Shown here: positions 55,308 through 64,000 of the stretch, piece by piece
Layout of the letters: every line of letters starts with the position of its first letter
Numbering within the stretch: the stretch's first letter is position 1
Assembly (NCBI GenBank): GCA_041664205.1
Contig: JBAYLF010000005.1
Coordinates: 7,063-71,062, forward strand
Direction: 5' to 3'
DNA length: 64,000 nucleotides
Source of the DNA: Minisyncoccota bacterium
Lineage (GTDB): Bacteria; Patescibacteriota; Minisyncoccia; Phycocordibacterales; JBAYLF01
The notes under the pieces: generated by a model
The model's input: the letters and a program-made list of their open reading frames with translations, nothing else
Told to the model about the DNA's origin: nothing
The model's database searches: none
Program-made: the position numbers and the translations under genes

Positions 55308-57077
55308 TTAAATTGTTTTATTTTTAACGAATATATCCCACACTTTTTCTGTCTCTATATACCAGTTATATACGTTGTTAAATCGTTCTGCTGGAATTGC
55401 GAGTCCTCCAATTGAAAACCCTTTTACTTTTTGTGGAACTATGTAAATGAAATCGGGTGAATAAAGAAAAATAGCAGGAATATCTTTCTTTATTTCTGTT
55501 TCAAAATTTTTATATTGATTAAGTCGTTTTTGCTTATCATATATTAGGCGTCCATTTTCCAGTAATTTATCAATTTTAGGATTTACATATTGAGCGATAT
55601 TTAATCCGGGATCATTTCTTTGTGATGAATGCCAAAATGCATAAAGATCTAAATCTCTTCCTATTATTTCACCAAATAGAAGGGCATCGTATTTTCTAGG
55701 TCTTATTACGTTTTGGTTAAGATCTCCAGGTTCGAATATTTTTACATCAACTTTTGCTCCGATCCTTTCATATTGTGTTTTGAGTATTTGAGCAACCGTT
55801 TTTAATTCAGGTGAATTTGATGTTGATATTGAAAATTCCAAAGTCTTGGTTTCTTTTTTACTTATATTTTTTACCCTTACTCCATCGGAATTAATTTTCC
55901 ATCCATTTTTATCCAAAAGCGTTTTTGCATTTTCTATGTTTTGATCATTGTTTTCAGTTCCTTTTGCTTTATCTGTTGATGATTCTAAAACAGCTCTTGG
56001 AATAGGACTATTGTCTTCTACTCCATATCCTTGAAGGATTTCGTTTATAATTTGTTCTCGATTGACTGACATATCTAGGGCTTGTCTCACTTCTTTATAT
56101 GATAAAACTGGCGATTGGTTTTGATTTAAAAATAATCCGAATATTCTTGGAAGTGGAGATGTTTCGATTCGTGCGCCAGTTTTTTCAAAAATTTTTGCAT
56201 TTGATGGTGATACGCTGTTCATACTTTCGATTTCTCCTCTTTCATATGCAGCTATTAGATTTTTTTCATCAGAGTAAAATTTGATAATAATATTTTTTAT
56301 ATAAGGTTCTCCTAAAGCAAAATTATTAAAAGCGGTAAGTTCATAGTATTCAGGTAAACCTGAGGATGTTCTTTTTATTTTTGAAATTTTATATGGACCG
56401 GAACCGATCGGTTCTATGTTGAATTGACTGAATGTAAACTGATCAGATGTTATATTCCCCCAAATATGCTTTGGTAATATTCCTAATGTTGTGTTTTCTG
56501 TAAAGGGTGCATAAGGGCTTTTTAATGTAAATTTTATTTGTTTATCATTTATTTTTTCTACCGTAACACCATCCCAGTTTGCTCGCTTGGTGCTTTTTAA
56601 AGTAGAATCTTGAGCTTTTTTGATCGTGAATTCAATATCATCTGTTGTTACTGGAGTTCCGTCATGGAAATAGATATTGTCCTTAAGTGTAAAAGTGTAG
56701 ATTAGTCCATCCGAAGAGATAGTATAATCTTTTGCTAAGTCAGGAATAAGATTGCCATTCTCATCTGTTCTCATAAGTCCTGAATAAACAAGAGCAGTTA
56801 AATCATTGCCAGGTTCTGAACCGAACAGAAGGGGATTAATGAAGGGTGGGTATCCTATGACGCCCTCAGTAAGAGTGCCTCCTCTGGAAGGTATTTCCAT
56901 AAGAAAGTTATTATTTAGTTTGATCGCGATCCAAAATGCGCTTAAAGAAAAAATTCCAACAAACACAAAGAATATGAGCTTTTCGAATACTGAGAAATAG
57001 GAAACAACGCCATTTAGTTTATCTAAATAGTCTACATGAATTTCCTTATTTAAAATTTTTTTAATTTTTTCGTTCAC
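55308..57077 (-). CDS. Peptide ABC transporter substrate-binding protein (family 5)
   Basis: GGTLTEG, LVYSGL, PDLA, YTFTL..FHDG.PVT.DD, PIGSGPY, VRQAL. Confidence 0.93.
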   Translation of the reverse strand: MNEKIKKILNKEIHVDYLDKLNGVVSYFSVFEKLIFFVFVGIFSLSAFWIAIKLNNNFLMEIPSRGGTLTEGVIGYPPFINPLLFGSEPGNDLTALVYSGLMRTDENGNLIPDLAKDYTISSDGLIYTFTLKDNIYFHDGTPVTTDDIEFTIKKAQDSTLKSTKRANWDGVTVEKINDKQIKFTLKSPYAPFTENTTLGILPKHIWGNITSDQFTFSQFNIEPIGSGPYKISKIKRTSSGLPEYYELTAFNNFALGEPYIKNIIIKFYSDEKNLIAAYERGEIESMNSVSPSNAKIFEKTGARIETSPLPRIFGLFLNQNQSPVLSYKEVRQALDMSVNREQIINEILQGYGVEDNSPIPRAVLESSTDKAKGTENNDQNIENAKTLLDKNGWKINSDGVRVKNISKKETKTLEFSISTSNSPELKTVAQILKTQYERIGAKVDVKIFEPGDLNQNVIRPRKYDALLFGEIIGRDLDLYAFWHSSQRNDPGLNIAQYVNPKIDKLLENGRLIYDKQKRLNQYKNFETEIKKDIPAIFLYSPDFIYIVPQKVKGFSIGGLAIPAERFNNVYNWYIETEKVWDIFVKNKTI

Positions 57078-57258
57078 GAGAAACTAATAACAAGTTTATT
57101 TAATTGAAGAATAAGTAAAATATTAAAAACAAAATGAGTTTTTATATTTTAGTTATGAATTAGATAGATCGAATCAAATTTAAAGACAGAAAAGTAAACA
57201 ATAAAATTTGTAAATTTTTATATGTTTTTAATTACGTCAGAAGCCTTAAGTTTGGCTA

Positions 57259-57495
57259 TTATTTTATAGTTAAAGCTAAGAATGAAGAAATTGTAAGCAA
57301 AATTGCAAATAAGATTGTGGCATTGAAAAGCACCTTTTCAAATCCGCGTCGGGTGTGATATGCACTGCTGAAACTGTCTCCACCACCAAAAGCTCCTCCT
57401 GCACTTGAAGATGTTTGCTGAAGCAAAATGGCAACTATCAATAAAACTGAAAGCCCAATTTGAATATATGGTAAAAATGGGATTATAAAATTCAT
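57259..57495 (-). CDS. secG: Preprotein translocase subunit SecG
   Basis: ILLQQ....GGAFGG......TRRGFEK.L..T, two TMs. Confidence 0.95.
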   Translation of the reverse strand: MNFIIPFLPYIQIGLSVLLIVAILLQQTSSSAGGAFGGGDSFSSAYHTRRGFEKVLFNATILFAILLTISSFLALTIK

Positions 57496-57587
57496 AAGTA
57501 ATAATAGTATACATGAAATACTTGAAAGAGCAATAGTTTAGCCCCCGTCTCATAAAAAATGAGACGGGGGCGTGGTTACGGTGTTTG

Positions 57588-57791
57588 TTAGCTATTTTCT
57601 ATCCGAAGAAGTTGAAAATTAAGGATTACTACTATATCATGCTTTTTTAGATTAAAGCTATCAGCAATTCTTTTTCCTAACTGATGAATTTGTTCTTGAG
57701 TAGTAATTCTTCCATCTTCTGTTACATATGCATTGCCAAATCTACTATCTGCTTGGAACGCAACAAAATATACATACTTTTTCTTTTTCAT
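57588..57791 (-). CDS. Small hypothetical protein
   Basis: YFVAF...FGN...VVILNFQLL; TTGACA-N17-TACTCT promoter upstream and GC hairpin 57541-57571 downstream. Confidence 0.7.
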   Translation of the reverse strand: MKKKKYVYFVAFQADSRFGNAYVTEDGRITTQEQIHQLGKRIADSFNLKKHDIVVILNFQLLRIENS

Positions 57792-57903
57792 ATCTTCTAT
57801 AAAAAAGAGTAAGGTAATATTAAAATTTTGTCAATAGTACGAACGTCCTGAATTTTTTTGACCCCTATTGATTTTGATGTTATTCTCTAAATTAGAAAAC
57901 GTA

Positions 57904-58443
57904 ATGAGAGCACATCAAATTGTCCTAATTAAACACGACAGAAGTTTAAATGAACCTAATCATCATAAACTTCAGTTGTTAACAGAAATGCTGAAATCGT
58001 ATCTTGATGGTGGGGTGCCACTTGTAATATCTTCTACTACTCCACATGCGATTCAAAGCGCAGAATTTGTTGCAGAAAGTTTTTCAGTAAAATTAAGGAA
58101 GAGTAAATTACTATATGATGCTAATCAGGATCACGAGAGACTTGAAAAAGTTTTTTCTATGATCAGAAATTTAAGTCATAAACATGATGCGAATGTAATT
58201 ATTTTAGTAACACATCATCTTTGTGTAACTGAATTTCCAGTGTTCGTTGCTAATAAAGTTTTCGGATCGAAACTCAAGAGGAACTTCGAAGTAAAACCTA
58301 ATGAGGCAGTGATCGTAAATTTAGACGAACATCATCCTTCTTTTTTAATGATGAGGCCAAAAAAATTGGATTTACATGAGTATCTTAAACATCACAATTA
58401 CGTTGTAAATTTACCATTTCGTAGACCGAATGCTTCTTCATAG
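57904..58443 (+). CDS. Degenerate SixA-like histidine phosphatase fold protein
   Basis: IVLIKH (RHG equivalent), VISS..HAIQSAE (SS..RA.QTA equivalent), IILVTH. Confidence 0.65.
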   Translation: MRAHQIVLIKHDRSLNEPNHHKLQLLTEMLKSYLDGGVPLVISSTTPHAIQSAEFVAESFSVKLRKSKLLYDANQDHERLEKVFSMIRNLSHKHDANVIILVTHHLCVTEFPVFVANKVFGSKLKRNFEVKPNEAVIVNLDEHHPSFLMMRPKKLDLHEYLKHHNYVVNLPFRRPNASS

Positions 58444-58584
58444 TTCTTTTTATATAACCCACCTTTAATAAAAGGTGGGTTTTTTTAAATTGCAAAAGGT
58501 TGGCAAATAAGTATAATATAGGCCTCTTCAGAGGTTATCTGGGAGGCAAAATTAATTAAAATTATTAGTAACTTTAAATAAGAT

Positions 58585-58926
58585 ATGAAGAAACAAGAAA
58601 AAAAAGAAGAAAGATTCGCATCAAAAAGTATTATCGTTCCATTAGGGGATAAAGTTTTAGTAAAACCGCTATCTGAAGAAGATATGCACAAAAAAACTGC
58701 TTCAGGAATAATAATTCCTGACACTATAAGTAAGGAAAAGCCAGAACAAGGAAAAGTTATCGCAGTAGGTGAAGGAAAATATGACGACAACGGAAAATTA
58801 ATTCCTATGCAGGTAAAAGTTGGCGACAGAGTTTTATTTTCAAAATATGGATTTGATGAAATCAAGATCGACGATGAAGAATATTTTATATTAAGTGAGT
58901 CAAGTGTATTAGCAATAATAAAGTAA
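58585..58926 (+). CDS. groES: Co-chaperonin GroES
   Basis: PLGDKVLVK, TASGIIIPD, EKP..G.VIAVG.G, VKVGDRVLFSKYG. Confidence 0.99.
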   Translation: MKKQEKKEERFASKSIIVPLGDKVLVKPLSEEDMHKKTASGIIIPDTISKEKPEQGKVIAVGEGKYDDNGKLIPMQVKVGDRVLFSKYGFDEIKIDDEEYFILSESSVLAIIK

Positions 58927-60708
<1,782 letters not shown>

Positions 60709-60813
60709 TTTCTCTGCTAATTATTTTTTAAGGCAAAATCATCCGAATAATCGGATGATTTTGTTTTCATGTTGAAATGCTAGATTTTTAATATTTATGT
60801 ATAATAGTGGAAT

Positions 60814-61413
60814 ATGGACAAGAATTTTTCAGCAATTTTAGGAGTAGCTCTAATTCTTATTGTTTTAATAAGTGGCGTTATCAATACTGTAAAAACTAAA
60901 ATTAATCAGACGCCCAATGAAAATTATTCATTGTCTGAAACTTCAATTTTATACAAAGATAAGACAAATGGTTATTCGATTTATTATCCCAAAGATTTTT
61001 CTATGATAGAAACCGATGATACAAAAACATTTGATATTCCGATAAAAAATTATTTTAATACTATACTTGCAAATGAAGCGCGATTAACTATTAGCAAACC
61101 TTCTTCAAAATGTCCGCAATCGGAAGGTGATCAAATAGTTTCTGCAGGTGAAATAAAATCAGGCGACATTGTTTTTAAAAAGGATAATTGGTCTGGAGTT
61201 GGAGCGGGGCAATTATATGTCGGTGCCGATTATACGACTTTAAAAAACGGACTATGCTATTCAATCCATATTTTTACACATAGCACTAATGGCGCAGGTT
61301 TTTATATAGATGATCCAGTTGAAATAAAGAAAATCGACGACGAGCATGCTGCTGATATGAAAAAGTTTTTAGAAGCCATAGATGGCATAGTTTCAACTTT
61401 TAAGTTTTTATAA
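60814..61413 (+). CDS. Membrane-anchored exported protein (PsbP-like beta fold suspected)
   Basis: TM; YKD...GYSIYYP; GVGAGQ; Cys pair; IVSTFKF C-terminus. Confidence 0.75.
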   Translation: MDKNFSAILGVALILIVLISGVINTVKTKINQTPNENYSLSETSILYKDKTNGYSIYYPKDFSMIETDDTKTFDIPIKNYFNTILANEARLTISKPSSKCPQSEGDQIVSAGEIKSGDIVFKKDNWSGVGAGQLYVGADYTTLKNGLCYSIHIFTHSTNGAGFYIDDPVEIKKIDDEHAADMKKFLEAIDGIVSTFKFL

Positions 61414-61502
61414 ATGCATTATCTTTTGCGCGGTTATCCGATAGCTTTTTTATTGCCAGTAATTTGATATAATGCAATTATTATTTTAAATAATTTAAAT
61501 AT

Positions 61503-62060
61503 ATGAACACTACATTATGGATAATTTTAGGAATAGCTATTGTCTTGGTTTTGTGGCTAGTTTCAAGCTATAACAGATTTGTTACTCTTTTAACTCGAAC
61601 TAAAGAAGCTTGGGCGGACATTGATGTCCAACTCAAACGCCGATATGACTTGATCCCAAACTTAGTAAATACTGTAAAAGGTTATGCCGAACACGAAAAA
61701 GGAGTTTTTGAGAAAGTAACAGAAGCAAGAGCTAATGCTATTGGTGCGCAAAATGTAGGAGATAAAGCTAAAGCAGAAGATATGCTTTCCGGTGCATTAA
61801 AAAATCTTTTCGCTGTAGCTGAAGCTTATCCTGATTTAAAGGCGAACCAAAATTTTCTAGAACTTCAGCGAGAACTTTCTGATACAGAAAACAAGATCCA
61901 AGCCGCAAGAAGATTTTACAATGGCAATGTTCGCGATCTAAATATCAGCATAGATGTTTTCCCAGGAAACATTATTGCAGGTGCATTTCATTTTTCAAAA
62001 ATGGAATTTTTCCAGCTTGAAAACGAAGCTGAAAAGCAACCTGTTGAAGTTAAGTTTTAA
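61503..62060 (+). CDS. lemA: LemA family protein
   Basis: YN, AWADIDVQLKRRYDLIPNLV, EAYPDLKANQNF, ENKIQAARRFYN. Confidence 0.98.
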   Translation: MNTTLWIILGIAIVLVLWLVSSYNRFVTLLTRTKEAWADIDVQLKRRYDLIPNLVNTVKGYAEHEKGVFEKVTEARANAIGAQNVGDKAKAEDMLSGALKNLFAVAEAYPDLKANQNFLELQRELSDTENKIQAARRFYNGNVRDLNISIDVFPGNIIAGAFHFSKMEFFQLENEAEKQPVEVKF

Positions 62061-62072
62061 TTTTTTACTTTA

Positions 62073-62534
62073 ATGGATAAGGAACTTCATCGCATAGCTA
62101 TAACCGCCATCATCTATAGAGATGATGGTCGGTTTTTAATTACTAGACGAAACTTAAACAAAAAAGCTTCTCCTGGAAAATGGACAGTGCCTGGAGGTGG
62201 TTTAAATGTCGATGATTACGTTGATACTCCGAAGACTCACGAAAATCAATGGTATAACACTGTTGAAAAAACTTTACGAAGAGAAGTGAAGGAAGAGGTT
62301 GGACTTGAAATAGAAAAGCCAGAATATCTTACAGATTTAACTTTTATAAGACCGGACAATATTCCTGTGCTTGTTTTGAGTTATTACGCTAAATATTCTT
62401 CAGGTGAAGTTGTGCTTAATGAAGAAAGCATAGATTTTAAATGGGTAAGTGTAGAAGAAGCAAAGAGTCACGATCTCATTGATGGGATTTTGGAAGAGAT
62501 AGAAATGGTAGATAAAAAATTGCGAGCCAAATAA
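62073..62534 (+). CDS. Nudix hydrolase
   Basis: PGKWTVPGG...LRREVKEEVGL (Nudix box with an insertion). Confidence 0.93.
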   Translation: MDKELHRIAITAIIYRDDGRFLITRRNLNKKASPGKWTVPGGGLNVDDYVDTPKTHENQWYNTVEKTLRREVKEEVGLEIEKPEYLTDLTFIRPDNIPVLVLSYYAKYSSGEVVLNEESIDFKWVSVEEAKSHDLIDGILEEIEMVDKKLRAK

Positions 62535-62600
62535 CAATACCGCTTTGTTTGACATGAATAACGGCGGTGCTATCGTTATGTCAGAAAGGAGGTGGACATT

Positions 62601-63107
62601 ATGATTATATTTGCAGAAGGTTTGGGAGATCGATACCCAATTATTCCTTGTAGTGTTGCGCGATGGCTTTTTGAAAGAAGCTGGCAAAATTTAAAAGTTG
62701 TTTGCGAGATTGATTGGGATCCTGCTCCACAAGTAGCTATTTTAGATTACGAAAAAGTTCTTTGTCGATATTCAAAAATATATTATTTTAATGAAGAAGG
62801 CGGATGCACTAGAGTGTTGTTTCTTTATGAAAAGCAGGTTTGGATAGTCGATATAGTAGGGAAATACACAGTGGGTGATAATTTTTTGATACCAATACCA
62901 GTTTGTATTCGCAGAGAAGACCTTAAACCACTGTCTTTTCAGGAAAGGAATTATTTCTCAGGACTTAATAATATTAAGTATCTCCGTCCTATTGGTAAAC
63001 ACAGGCTTAAAAATGAAACAGCTTCAATTGTGAGTGATGGCTATAGTTTAATAGCTGTTCATGCCAAATGGAAAAAGAATGGAATTCAAGAAGAAGACTT
63101 CATTTAA
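62601..63107 (+). CDS. Hypothetical protein
   Basis: AAGGAGGTG SD before ATG 62601, own promoter-like sequence and downstream terminator. Confidence 0.72.
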   Translation: MIIFAEGLGDRYPIIPCSVARWLFERSWQNLKVVCEIDWDPAPQVAILDYEKVLCRYSKIYYFNEEGGCTRVLFLYEKQVWIVDIVGKYTVGDNFLIPIPVCIRREDLKPLSFQERNYFSGLNNIKYLRPIGKHRLKNETASIVSDGYSLIAVHAKWKKNGIQEEDFI

Positions 63108-63185
63108 AACTCCGGCCACTAGAGGTCGGAGTTTTTGCTTTTTTATTAAAATATTGTAAAATTTTACTACATTAAACATTTAAAT

Positions 63186-64000
63186 ATGGCAACATTATAT
63201 ACACAACAATCTTCGAATATTAGAAAAACTTGGATTTTAATGACATTTTTTTTCGTCGTTATAATCTTTCTTGGGTGGGGATTCAGTTATATTTATGACA
63301 ATCAGGTGATTTTATATGGTGCTGTTTTATTCAGCATAATAATGAATTTTGTAAGTTTTTGGTATTCGGACAAGATAGCTCTTGCGACCGCTGGAGCAAG
63401 GCCTGCTACGCGCGAAGAATTTTTTGATTTGTATACCGTTACTGAAAATCTTGCGATAACCGCAGGACTTCCAATGCCAAAAATTTTTGTTATCAATGAT
63501 TCGGTCCCCAACGCTTTTGCAACCGGTAGAAACAAAGAACATGCAGCTATCGCTGTAACAGCAGGACTTCTTCGAGACTTGAACAGAACCGAGCTTGAAG
63601 GCGTTATTGCTCACGAACTTTCACATGTTGGCAATCGAGACATTTTACTTTCAACAGTCGTTGTCGTTCTTGTCGGATTTATTGCGCTAATTTCAGATAT
63701 GTTTTTAAGAATGTCATTTTGGGGTGGTGGATCAAGAGATAGAGAAGAGGGAAACTTGGGCATAGTAGTAATGTTGCTCGGAGTTATTTTTTCAATTCTT
63801 TCTCCGATTATTGCAACAATTATTCAACTCGCAATTTCTCGAAAAAGAGAATTTCTAGCTGATGCTTCTGGCGCGCTTTTGACCCGTTATCCTGAAGGAC
63901 TTGCAAGCGCTCTCGAAAAGATAAGTAAATTTAGCGCGCCAATGCAACATGCAAATAATGCAACAGCGCATCTTTATATTTCAAATCCATTTGGCGCAAA
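63186..64000 (+). CDS. htpX: Zinc metalloprotease HtpX (M48), 3'-truncated by window edge
   Basis: Hand-translated (absent from ORF track): MATLYTQQSSNIRKTW..., PNAFATGRN, ELEGVIAHELSH (HExxH), SRKREFLADA, LASALEKI. Confidence 0.97.
   Translation, partial: MATLYTQQSSNIRKTWILMTFFFVVIIFLGWGFSYIYDNQVILYGAVLFSIIMNFVSFWYSDKIALATAGARPATREEFFDLYTVTENLAITAGLPMPKIFVINDSVPNAFATGRNKEHAAIAVTAGLLRDLNRTELEGVIAHELSHVGNRDILLSTVVVVLVGFIALISDMFLRMSFWGGGSRDREEGNLGIVVMLLGVIFSILSPIIATIIQLAISRKREFLADASGALLTRYPEGLASALEKISKFSAPMQHANNATAHLYISNPFGA

Noticed and set aside
58485-58584. CIRCE operator upstream of groES
   Set aside because: No TTAGCACTC-N9-GAGTGCTAA; only a weak GCCTC...GAGGC hairpin after the TATAAT

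Overview
AT-rich chromosomal segment, most likely from a Patescibacteria (CPR) bacterium of the Parcubacteria/Paceibacteria type. This is inferred from the split transketolase operon, a shortened RF2 next to ftsEX, the secG-peptide SBP-rnj order, presence of rpL9, Cys-rich and coiled-coil surface proteins, and near absence of Shine-Dalgarno motifs on core genes. It holds about 75 CDS in standard code 11: secA, obg, gatB, gap-rpiB-rpe-tkt, prfB, ftsEX, hppA, gdhA, an ECF sigma/MacAB-like operon, a cdaA-cdaR fusion, cysS, corA, ctpA, rplI, rpmA, rnj, secG, groES/EL, lemA and htpX. There is one tRNA-Gln(CTG), many bidirectional terminators, and three kinds of small palindromic repeat elements. 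No transposase, integrase, CRISPR array or rRNA was seen. Best leads: (1) a SIR2-like NADase plus membrane protein pair directly behind tRNA-Gln, a candidate new anti-phage module; (2) a domain-1-truncated RF2 together with near-total avoidance of TGA stops and one in-frame TGA; (3) an LpxH-like gene bracketed by identical inverted hairpins beside a sphingomyelin-synthase-like enzyme; (4) a roughly 40-Cys repeat surface protein; (5) MITE-like and dRS3-like elements; (6) an Fe-S glycosylase/queuosine-salvage-like orphan. All functional calls come from motifs recognised by eye; no database searches were run.
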